From Bacteroidales bacterium (lineage in GTDB: Bacteria > Bacteroidota > Bacteroidia > Bacteroidales > UBA3663): a DNA stretch of 64,000 nt. The stretch is from the NCBI GenBank assembly GCA_045600445.1, contig JAZRXZ010000052.1, positions 18,771 through 82,770 on the forward strand. The letters run 5' to 3'. This document shows, piece after piece, positions 16,730 to 24,202 of this stretch. The translations under genes were made by a program, and so were the position numbers. A model generated the notes under the pieces. That model was given only the letters and a program-made list of their open reading frames with translations. It was not told where the DNA came from and made no database searches. Numbering within the stretch: position 1 is the first letter of the stretch; every line of letters starts with the position of its first letter.

Positions 16730-19069
16730 TCAGGCGGCCGCTTGCATCACCTTCTGGTATCTACCATCGCCCACCTTTCTCACCAATCCGTCAGCCACCC
16801 ATCGGCTGAGCACCATGGCCACCTGAGCATTAGCACCATTCTGCAGACGTAGGGCAATGAGGTCTTGTGTCGTGAAGTCATTAGCGAGCAATGAGAAGAG
16901 CTTCTTATTCTTCGACATACGTGTCTGGCTCTGTTGCAAGGCGTTATCCACCTCGTTGATCTCCTCGTAGGCCTTTCCGCAGAAGGTATAGACACTCTGA
17001 CGCATCGCCTCGGCCGTCCACTTCACCACCTTGCCAATCTCCGCTATCTGCTTCTCATCGGTCGGACAGCCACGCAGGAACCACTCCAGTACGCCCACTC
17101 TCATAGCCACTACCAGCGAGCGCTTGCCCAGATCGTACCACACCTCATCAGGATTCTCGTCATCTTCCTTATCCCACTTATTCTTAATGAGCAGGATATT
17201 TTTTTCGAGCCAAGGCAACTGCACCTTATTACCGTCCTTGCCCGCCTGTGTGAGACGGTCACAAACCTCCTCAAACTGAGCACGTTCAGTATCGGTAAAC
17301 TTCTCATAGTGAGGGAATCCCTTCATTCTCACCTTTGGCATGAAAGCGTAGAGGATTCGGTTGTTGAGGCCACCTTCCGGATTACTGTAGAACTTGTGCA
17401 TAGCGCCCGGAGTACCACAGAAAAGCGTGTTGAGGAAGATCGGGATACGGATGTTTCGTGTCTGCTTACTCTTCGATTCCTTGCCTCCTATGGCATTGTC
17501 GAACGCCTTGCAGTAGAGGTCATCATTGTCTCCATAGATGGTGCGCTTGGCTTTCTGCAGTCGCGCCACCTCCTCGGTAAACTGAATACCGTGCTCGCCC
17601 TTCAGATTGTCCAGATACTCCAGAAACTGACTCGTTGTGATGTCATCACCATAGATTCTGACACGTGGGCGAGGGTCATCGGGTTTCTCCGAGTCGTCCG
17701 AAGCCTTGTTGCATATCGCTAAGTACTCATCGGCTTTCCGGCGTTCCAAAGCATCCTGCACCCTGATTCTCTGCGTCATCTGCTCGAAGAGATGAGCTGC
17801 GAAGGCCTTGCCCGAACCACTCTTGCCCACCACGGCGGTCATGAACGAGAGGGAGTTCTCGCGGCCATCCATGTAATCGAAACGGATATGCGTGCCATAC
17901 AAACCCCAGATCGGAAGCATAGACATAAATGCCTGTGCACGAAGGTGTTTTGGATAATGTGCGAGTATCATCTCCTCCACGGCCGAGAGCTTTGGCAGTT
18001 TGGCCAACTGCACCACTTCTGTATCTTCCTGCTGGTCAATGCTCTCGTTCTTCAGCTCGCTCAATACGCCTCGCATCATCGGAGTGATGGTTCGTCCGTT
18101 GGTAGCAATGGCGCTGCCGATGGTGCGGCGGATCTCCCCGTCAGGCAAGCCCTCGAAGTAAGGCGCTGTGAGCATATATACCGTCTGGAAGTTGTACTCG
18201 CAGATGTGGCGCAACTCACGCACCAGCGCAAACAATACATTATTACGCTCACCCACCTTAGCCACTCCCTGAGTAGCCAGTCGCTTCAACAATGCCTCGA
18301 TGATGGAGCTGTATTTGATGCCGTTGTAGGAGAAGCTATCTGCGATGTTCTGCTGAGCAGTGTTCCCATTTGAAGAATTTGCTCTTGTTTCGCTCATATT
18401 CCCATGCTGGGTATCTGCAGCTTGAGGCAACTTTAAGACCTCCTCCCTTTGAGGGCTCTCACAGCCAAGGCTTGATAAGCCTTCTCGAGAAAGTGGGGTA
18501 GGTCTTTGTCTTTCAAACAAGCCTTTCTTATCCCAAAACATCAGATATTCGTTGCCAGGCAGAAACGACAGTCGTGTAATGTCCTTGATCTTCTCATCGG
18601 CAAACTGCTCCATGCCAAACTGTGCAGCTATTCTTGCCTGGCACTCGCTGATCTTCTCACCTTCGCCCAACACCGTCACCAGTCGAAGTCCCTCGCCGCG
18701 AGGAGTGATGTGCACCAGCACAATACCCAGTTCATGCTCATGGCCCGCGATGTTCTTGATATAGAACAGGCGAGGCGACTCTGGCATGTGATCCCAGTCG
18801 TGGATGCAGAACCCGCTCTCCACGGCAAGCCCGTTCTGCGCCGAAGGTCGCTCCCCGTTTTCGGTCATCTGGCAGGCAAACAGTATCACCGGCAACTGCT
18901 GCTTCCACTGACTTTTCTTCTCCTGATCTGTTTCGGCCTTGATGCGAGCCATTGTCTCGCGTACCTTCTCAGAGTTTATCAACTGCTCGAAGCCCTCAGC
19001 AGTCAAAAGTTTCATGGATTTTTCCAAGCGGGAATCCATGTACCCGATTTGAATGAATTTTTTGTCCAT
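16730..19069 (-). CDS. Mobile-element primase-helicase-like protein (VirE/BT4734-type N-terminal region + DUF3987-like P-loop NTPase)
   Basis: Walker A VVGKSGSGKAFAAHL within a core typical of DUF3987. The N-terminal ~170 aa resemble the BT4734/VirE N-domain. An iteron array lies immediately upstream. Family names are from memory. Confidence 0.7.
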   Translation of the reverse strand: MDKKFIQIGYMDSRLEKSMKLLTAEGFEQLINSEKVRETMARIKAETDQEKKSQWKQQLPVILFACQMTENGERPSAQNGLAVESGFCIHDWDHMPESPRLFYIKNIAGHEHELGIVLVHITPRGEGLRLVTVLGEGEKISECQARIAAQFGMEQFADEKIKDITRLSFLPGNEYLMFWDKKGLFERQRPTPLSREGLSSLGCESPQREEVLKLPQAADTQHGNMSETRANSSNGNTAQQNIADSFSYNGIKYSSIIEALLKRLATQGVAKVGERNNVLFALVRELRHICEYNFQTVYMLTAPYFEGLPDGEIRRTIGSAIATNGRTITPMMRGVLSELKNESIDQQEDTEVVQLAKLPKLSAVEEMILAHYPKHLRAQAFMSMLPIWGLYGTHIRFDYMDGRENSLSFMTAVVGKSGSGKAFAAHLFEQMTQRIRVQDALERRKADEYLAICNKASDDSEKPDDPRPRVRIYGDDITTSQFLEYLDNLKGEHGIQFTEEVARLQKAKRTIYGDNDDLYCKAFDNAIGGKESKSKQTRNIRIPIFLNTLFCGTPGAMHKFYSNPEGGLNNRILYAFMPKVRMKGFPHYEKFTDTERAQFEEVCDRLTQAGKDGNKVQLPWLEKNILLIKNKWDKEDDENPDEVWYDLGKRSLVVAMRVGVLEWFLRGCPTDEKQIAEIGKVVKWTAEAMRQSVYTFCGKAYEEINEVDNALQQSQTRMSKNKKLFSLLANDFTTQDLIALRLQNGANAQVAMVLSRWVADGLVRKVGDGRYQKVMQAAA

Positions 19070-19125
19070 AATTAAAATTTATAGTTAATAATCCGAGCCA
19101 TTATTTTTCGCTCGTTTTTCGATTG

Positions 19126-19133
19126 CAAATATA
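19126..19133 (-). promoter_or_regulatory. -7 box (TATATTTG) for the primase-helicase gene
   Basis: Exact TAnnTTTG about 57 nt upstream of the ATG at 19069. Confidence 0.55.
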
Positions 19134-19185
19134 CATAAAAAAATCCGCGTTTACAAGCCTTTTCTCGCCAAAAGAATGGATTTAT

Positions 19186-19265
19186 AATTAGTGTGGCATA
19201 ATATCGAATTAGTGTGGCATAATCCGTAATTAGTGTGGTATAATATCATAATTAGTGTGGCATAA
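19186..19265. repeat. Four iterons AATTAGTGTGG(C/T)ATAA at 21/21/22-bp spacing (origin-like)
   Basis: Copies start at 19186, 19207, 19228 and 19250. Confidence 0.9.
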
Positions 19266-19294
19266 CTTATGACTGTTCTCGACCATAAGTTATG
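19261..19294. repeat. 11-bp inverted repeat CATAACTTATG / CATAAGTTATG (12-nt spacer) abutting the last iteron
   Basis: Read directly. A T9 tract follows at ~19316-19325. Confidence 0.85.
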
Positions 19295-19368
19295 ATAACG
19301 GTCGGTCATGAGTATGTTTTTTTTTCAGCTTGTCATAATCTATTTAACGAAGACTGATATTCCACGAT

Positions 19369-19407
19369 TATAACAAATAACAATTAACAATAAGAAAACA
19401 AGTGCAC
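19369..19407 (-). repeat. 41-bp heptad-repeat element, copy b
   Basis: TTATAACAAATAACAATTAACAATAAGAAAACAAGTGCAC, the reverse complement of copy a. Confidence 0.9.
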
Positions 19408-19496
19408 CTATTGAGTTAAAGAAGAGAGAAGATGTTCTATATATATAATAGGTATATTTAAAACTCCTTAGAAATTTTCCGTAAAATTCCCTTCCA

Positions 19497-19537
19497 CCCA
19501 CACTATTTTCCTTATTGTTAATTGTTAAATGTTATAA
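19497..19537 (+). repeat. 41-bp heptad-repeat element, copy c
   Basis: CCCACACTATTTTCCTTATTGTTAATTGTTAAATGTTATAA. It is the inverted partner of copy d (2 mismatches). Confidence 0.9.
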
Positions 19538-19636
19538 CAGGTGTTTACCTCAATATAAGCCGTTATAAAATCGAATGCTCTCTTTCTGCGCCAAGGCATC
19601 CTCTTTTCGGTACGCAGTTTAGCATGCCACGCCCAA

Positions 19637-19670
19637 GGCATCCCTTTCACAGTACCGTGACAAGGATGCC
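19637..19670. other. GGCATCC...GTAC...GGATGCC hairpin, the same family as the hairpins at 28672-28832
   Basis: GGCATCCCTTTCAC-AGTACC-GTGACAAGGATGCC. A weaker relative with a CGGTACG centre lies at ~19596-19635. Confidence 0.7.
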
Positions 19671-19838
19671 ACGATCAAGAATTGCAGCTTCCGAAATCCT
19701 GACAGCCTTTTCTTGGCCGTGGATTTCAACATCGCGTACCAGATGTCAGTATTCTTGATGTGCGAAACTGCATTTTGAATTTCGAATGTAAAAAAACGTA
19801 TCGACACAGGTAAAGAACACGAACATGTTAGAATAATA

Positions 19839-19880
19839 AAGACCTCCACTTTCGCTAAGATTGTGGAGGCCTTATTTTTT
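19839..19880. terminator. Hairpin terminator with a strong T-run on the plus strand and a weaker one on the minus strand
   Basis: AAAGACCTCCAC-TTTCGCTAAGATT-GTGGAGGCCTT followed by ATTTTTTT. It may also terminate the minus-strand gene ending at 19935. Confidence 0.65.
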
Positions 19881-19886
19881 TATAAT

Positions 19887-19925
19887 TGTAACATTTAACA
19901 ATTAACAATAAGAAAAATAGTGTGG
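19887..19925 (-). repeat. 41-bp heptad-repeat element, copy d
   Basis: TGTAACATTTAACAATTAACAATAAGAAAAATAGTGTGG. It lies between the stop codon at 19935 and the hairpin at 19839-19880. Confidence 0.9.
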
Positions 19926-19934
19926 TTGTCGCTG

Positions 19935-20849
19935 TTAGATGTGTTTAATCAGGTGTCTGCCCCATACCACGATCATCGCAAAAAGGACGCGGGTAGAGAT
20001 GATCCACCACGCTGAGATGCCGGTGATGGCGAAGACGATGGTATCTTCGAGCATGGAGTGATTCATGATGAGGTGGTAGTTCACATCGTTGGCTTCTTTG
20101 GGGGTGATGACGCCTTTCTCTTCCAGTTCGAGCATCACGGCTGAACCGTAGCTGAGGCCTAAGACGTTGCCTACGAGCCACATATAGGTGGCTTGGCGCG
20201 ATAATCCGAAGACGTGCATCAGTGGCGCGAAGAATTGAGAGAGCTTCGGCAGGAGGTTATAGGCTTCGATGAGACGCTGGATGACCATCAATGAATAGAT
20301 GATGCCGAAGACCATGACCACCATCTTCAGCTGGGAGAGGAGCCAGGTGTAGAGAACTTCCATGAGGCTACTGTCGGCCGCAGCACCCATATAGGCGTAG
20401 GCTTCGGGCATGTCAGGAAGCACAATATTTAAATAGTACGCGCATACGAAGGCCATGATGATGCGGATGATGCCCATTTTGATGAACGAGGAACCGGTCT
20501 TCTTGCACACCGCACACTCCATAGGCAAGGCGTGGCAGAGCGCAATCATCAGACAGATAATCGTGGCTTGGCGTAAGGTGAGTGGGATGGACATCATGGC
20601 CGCAACACCCGCATAGGTGCCAGCCGTGGCTCCGGTGATGAAAATAACGGCCGAAGACCCTGGTAATCCCATGTACTGAAAGATGGGATTGAGGTATTGT
20701 GCAATCCACTCGAGGATGCCGAAATGCTGCAGCAATGCCACAGCTAATGAGATAGGAATCATCAGCTTCAAGAGCCACTTGGCACTTTTGAGTGTAGTTG
20801 GCCAAGCGGCTTTGAGGCTATATAGTAGTTTCTTTTTGAACTGAGACAT
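19935..20849 (-). CDS. Nucleoside-recognition (Gate) domain membrane protein
   Basis: Polytopic membrane protein resembling Bacteroidales nucleoside recognition domain proteins (assignment from memory). Confidence 0.55.
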   Translation of the reverse strand: MSQFKKKLLYSLKAAWPTTLKSAKWLLKLMIPISLAVALLQHFGILEWIAQYLNPIFQYMGLPGSSAVIFITGATAGTYAGVAAMMSIPLTLRQATIICLMIALCHALPMECAVCKKTGSSFIKMGIIRIIMAFVCAYYLNIVLPDMPEAYAYMGAAADSSLMEVLYTWLLSQLKMVVMVFGIIYSLMVIQRLIEAYNLLPKLSQFFAPLMHVFGLSRQATYMWLVGNVLGLSYGSAVMLELEEKGVITPKEANDVNYHLIMNHSMLEDTIVFAITGISAWWIISTRVLFAMIVVWGRHLIKHI

Positions 20850-20854
20850 GTCTT

Positions 20855-21877
20855 TTAGATATTCTTCTTGGCTGCTTCGAGTGCCGCAATGACACGGTCA
20901 CACCATGCATCGTAATCAGGATCTTCTTCCTGACACTCAGGATGCTTGAGGATATAATCTACGGCCATGCGTGCACCCTGGTCGAAGCGGACAGTGGCGC
21001 AGAAGCCAGGGACGGCGCGCTTGAGTTTGGTATTGTCGAAGAGTACAGAACATGACTTATCTCCGATGAGGCCTCCCTCAAAATCGTACTTAGGACCTAC
21101 GGCATGCATGAACTCTGCAGCTACATGATAGGCCTTGAGCTCTACGCCGAGAGCCTGTGCAACGATCTCGTGAATCTGATTCCAAGTAAGGTGCTCATCG
21201 CTCGTGATCTGGAAGGTCTCGCCGATGGCGTGCTTATTGCCCATAAGGCCAACGAAAGCCTTGGCGAAGTCGCTGTTGTGGGTCACCGTCCAGAGCGAAG
21301 TGCCATCGCCCGGGATGATGACTGGCTTGCCATCGAGCATACGCTTGAGTACCTGCCAGCTGCCTTTCGTGCCGTGTGCTGCTACTGGGATACTGCGCTC
21401 GCAGTAGGTGTGGCTTGGGCGGATGATGGTGATAGGGAAACCTTCGTTGCGGTACCACTGCATGAGGAGGTTCTCGCAGGCGATCTTGTTGCGCGAGTAC
21501 TCCCAGTAAGGGTTGCAGAGAGGCGTACCCTCGGTGATGTAAGGCGAGGAGAGTGGCTTCTGATAAGCCGAAGCCGAGCTGATATACATAAACTGGCGTG
21601 TCTTACCCTTGAAGAGGCGATAGTCACGCTCGAGCTGAGTAGTTACGAAACCGATGAAGTCGCAGACAACGTCGAACTGCAGATCCTTGATAGCTTCAGA
21701 GACCGTTTTCTCGTCGTCAATGTCTGCTACGATGGGCTTGACATTAGCCGGAAGTTCGCTGTTGCGATTGCCACGATTGATGAGATAGAGTTCCCAACCT
21801 GGAGTCTGCGCTACAAGAGCGGTGATTGCTGAACTGATGGTGCCTGTGCCACCGATGAAGAGTGCTTTCATTTGCAA
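20855..21877 (-). CDS. NAD-dependent epimerase/dehydratase (extended SDR)
   Basis: Rossmann motif FIGGTGTISSAI and catalytic YSRNK (YxxxK). Confidence 0.8.
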   Translation of the reverse strand: MQMKALFIGGTGTISSAITALVAQTPGWELYLINRGNRNSELPANVKPIVADIDDEKTVSEAIKDLQFDVVCDFIGFVTTQLERDYRLFKGKTRQFMYISSASAYQKPLSSPYITEGTPLCNPYWEYSRNKIACENLLMQWYRNEGFPITIIRPSHTYCERSIPVAAHGTKGSWQVLKRMLDGKPVIIPGDGTSLWTVTHNSDFAKAFVGLMGNKHAIGETFQITSDEHLTWNQIHEIVAQALGVELKAYHVAAEFMHAVGPKYDFEGGLIGDKSCSVLFDNTKLKRAVPGFCATVRFDQGARMAVDYILKHPECQEEDPDYDAWCDRVIAALEAAKKNI

Positions 21878-21916
21878 AGGGGGGGTTATTTATTATAATA
21901 TGGTATTGTTTTAGGG

Positions 21917-21924
21917 CAAAGATA
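21917..21924 (-). promoter_or_regulatory. -7 box (TATCTTTG) for the SDR gene
   Basis: Exact TAnnTTTG about 40 nt upstream of the ATG. Confidence 0.5.
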
Positions 21925-22168
21925 CCGCTTTTTGCAGAGATTTCCAATTATCCCTTGCTATGTATATCTTAGAATGACTAATGAATCGTTGATTTGTTAT
22001 CCAAATGTAGCAAAAATGTAGCATCTTTACTAATTCTTATTTTTCTTTGATCGATTTTTAGCTAGATTTTTGGAGGGTTTGCGCAAAAACTATTCCTTTG
22101 CAATGTGATATTAAAATGATATCATAATTAATCCTACTATTATATAACCAAAAACCTCTAATTAAATT

Positions 22169-23119
22169 ATGGAAAAGAGTAAAGAATTTGAGTTTAAGGG
22201 CGGTTCGATGAACGGTTTCCTGATGTTGATCCTCGTTTTGGCAATGATTGTTGCTATGGTGTATTGTTTCATTGAGAGTGTCGGTCCTGCTGATGAGTTC
22301 TATGTCCTTCCTTTCACTGCTGGTATCATTCTGTTGATTGCCTGGATTATCGGACTTTGTGGTTTCTCTATGCAAGAACCAAACGAAGCCAAGGTACTCA
22401 CATTCTTCGGTAAGTATGTCGGCACTTTCCGTGCTACTGGTTTCTACTGGATCAATCCATTTATGAGCGTTAAGAAGGTAAGTCTTCGTGCCCGTAACTT
22501 CAATGCAGAGCCTATCAAGGTCAATGATAAAGCAGGTAATCCAGTGATGATCGGCCTCGTAGTCGTTTGGCGCTTGAAGGATACTTATAAGGCTATCTTC
22601 GATATTGATACAGACGTTGCAAACTCAAATACTGTTGGCAATGCTTCTGGATTGAGAATGAATAAGTTCGAGAAGTTTGTAGCCGTACAGAGCGACTCTG
22701 CTCTCCGTCAGGTTGCTGGCATGTATGCATACGACAATGACGGTGATGACGAGAAGGAGGTAACCCTTCGAAGTGGCAGTGATGAGGTCAATGAGGTATT
22801 GCTCCGCAAGCTCAATGAGCGCCTTGAGCAGTCAGGCCTTGAGGTTACTGAGGCACGTATCAACTACTTGGCATACGCTCCAGAGATTGCTGCCGTGATG
22901 CTCCGCCGTCAGCAGGCTGCTGCTATTATTACTGCTCGTGAGAAGATTGTTGAGGGTGCTGTTTCGATGGTTAAGATGGCGCTTGATAAGCTCTCTGCTG
23001 AGGAGATCGTTGACCTTGATGATGAGAAGAAGGCTGCTATGGTCAGCAACTTGCTCGTAGTACTCTGTGCTGATGAGCCAGCTCAGCCGGTGATTAATTC
23101 AGGCACTTTGAATCATTAA
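22169..23119 (+). CDS. SPFH/Band-7 domain protein
   Basis: N-terminal TM segments, an SPFH core (EAKVLTFFGKYVGTFRATGFYWINPF...) and an Ala-rich coiled C-terminal part. Confidence 0.8.
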   Translation: MEKSKEFEFKGGSMNGFLMLILVLAMIVAMVYCFIESVGPADEFYVLPFTAGIILLIAWIIGLCGFSMQEPNEAKVLTFFGKYVGTFRATGFYWINPFMSVKKVSLRARNFNAEPIKVNDKAGNPVMIGLVVVWRLKDTYKAIFDIDTDVANSNTVGNASGLRMNKFEKFVAVQSDSALRQVAGMYAYDNDGDDEKEVTLRSGSDEVNEVLLRKLNERLEQSGLEVTEARINYLAYAPEIAAVMLRRQQAAAIITAREKIVEGAVSMVKMALDKLSAEEIVDLDDEKKAAMVSNLLVVLCADEPAQPVINSGTLNH

Positions 23120-23155
23120 TAGGCCTTCAATTAAGGATTGTAAATATAGAAGATT

Positions 23156-23578
23156 ATGAAAGTCTATCCTTCACGTGTAAGTGTCTCTATGACATGTTTC
23201 ATCACGTTGATGATGGGTTATACAGGGTTTGTTGTATACCAATCTGGAGATATTGTTCCTATTATAGTTCTCGTTTTGGCTTTCCTGTTTGTTATGGCTA
23301 TTATGCTCACAATCAGGTATTATGTTGATCCAGAATCAAAGACACTTAAGATTAAGGTGTGTGGCTTGCCTTCTGGAACCGTAGATTTGACGGAGGTAAA
23401 GCGCATCTATAAGTCGAAAAGTATTCTGAGTGCACCTGCTGCATCGCTCCAACGCATCTGTCTTGATATCAAGGCAGGTCCTGATGTGCTGGTTTCGCCT
23501 CGTTATCAGCAGGATTTCCTCGAAGAGATCAAGAAGATCAATCCTGAGATTGACATTGATAAACAATTGCTGGATTGA
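23156..23578 (+). CDS. Membrane protein with a bacterial PH-like C-terminal domain
   Basis: Two N-terminal TM helices followed by an ~80-aa soluble domain. It lies 36 bp after the SPFH gene. Confidence 0.45.
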   Translation: MKVYPSRVSVSMTCFITLMMGYTGFVVYQSGDIVPIIVLVLAFLFVMAIMLTIRYYVDPESKTLKIKVCGLPSGTVDLTEVKRIYKSKSILSAPAASLQRICLDIKAGPDVLVSPRYQQDFLEEIKKINPEIDIDKQLLD

Positions 23579-23587
23579 TGAACGCCT

Positions 23588-23611
23588 TGTAACATTTAAC
23601 AATAAGAAAAA
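23588..23611 (-). repeat. Shortened copy e of the heptad-repeat element (lacks one TTAACAA heptad), ending 2 nt before the Arc-like start codon
   Basis: TGTAACATTTAACAATAAGAAAAA compared with copy d TGTAACATTTAACAATTAACAATAAGAAAAA. Confidence 0.8.
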
Positions 23612-23613
23612 CA

Positions 23614-23814
23614 ATGGCCAAGAAAGAAGGAAACACTACTAAAAGCTTTGTACTACGTGTCGATGGCGCTACGATGGATGCTATCGAGGCGTGGGCTGCT
23701 GATGAGTTCCGTTCGGTCAACGGCCAGATACAATGGATATTGGCCGAGGCGCTCAAAAAAAGCGGCAGGCTGAAGAAAACGAAAGCTTCGCTCCAACAGC
23801 CTGCTGAGGAATAA
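23614..23814 (+). CDS. Arc/MetJ-type ribbon-helix-helix DNA-binding protein
   Basis: KSFVLRVDGATMDAIEAWAADEFRSVNGQIQWILAEALKKSGR matches a beta-strand plus two-helix RHH pattern. Confidence 0.65.
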   Translation: MAKKEGNTTKSFVLRVDGATMDAIEAWAADEFRSVNGQIQWILAEALKKSGRLKKTKASLQQPAEE

Positions 23815-23829
23815 ACAAAAGAGTGATTT

Positions 23830-24126
23830 TTACGGATTTACCATAACCGCTTCCAACTGATCTTCATTCGGCCAATGTGGCAGGAAGAACAGTGGAAGCG
23901 GTTTTCCGCCTACCCCTGTCCAGTCAATCCTGCGAATATAGTTGAAGTCTGGTCCTCCGAAGTCGAAAGAACGTCCATAGAGGAGAATAGCACAGCGAGC
24001 GTGGTCAATCTTCCAGAGACCACCACCATAGCAGGTATCTTCTCCTATATTTAATAAGTCACGATGCAGGTATACGTTGCCGAAGCGAAGCTCTCCGTCT
24101 TCAGAGATGATGAATTTCTGATACAC
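23830..24126 (-). CDS. Hypothetical protein (98 aa, GTG start)
   Basis: Protein-like composition (YGGGLWKID...LYGRSFDFGGPDF). The start codon in the sequence is GTG and there is no in-frame ATG. It lies 76 bp downstream of the CYTH gene. Confidence 0.45.
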   Translation of the reverse strand: MYQKFIISEDGELRFGNVYLHRDLLNIGEDTCYGGGLWKIDHARCAILLYGRSFDFGGPDFNYIRRIDWTGVGGKPLPLFFLPHWPNEDQLEAVMVNP

Positions 24127-24202
24127 CTTTTATTTACTATTTAATCATTTACCATTTACCATTGGTATTTGCAGAATTGTCTTTACCAATGACATAAGAT
24201 AT

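Noticed and set aside
19186-19265. Possible CRISPR array (regularly spaced repeats). The same idea was considered for 48563-48670 and 1421-1460.
   Set aside because: The repeat periods of 21-22, 41-42 and 10 bp leave no room for spacers of CRISPR size. No cas genes are present, and the architecture fits iterons or tandem repeats.
19522-19849. ORFs 19522-19758 (+) and 19619-19849 (-) inside the c/d-bounded module
   Set aside because: They are mutually antisense, Pro/Arg/Ser- or Cys-rich, lack a promoter and span obvious hairpin repeats. I treat the region as noncoding.
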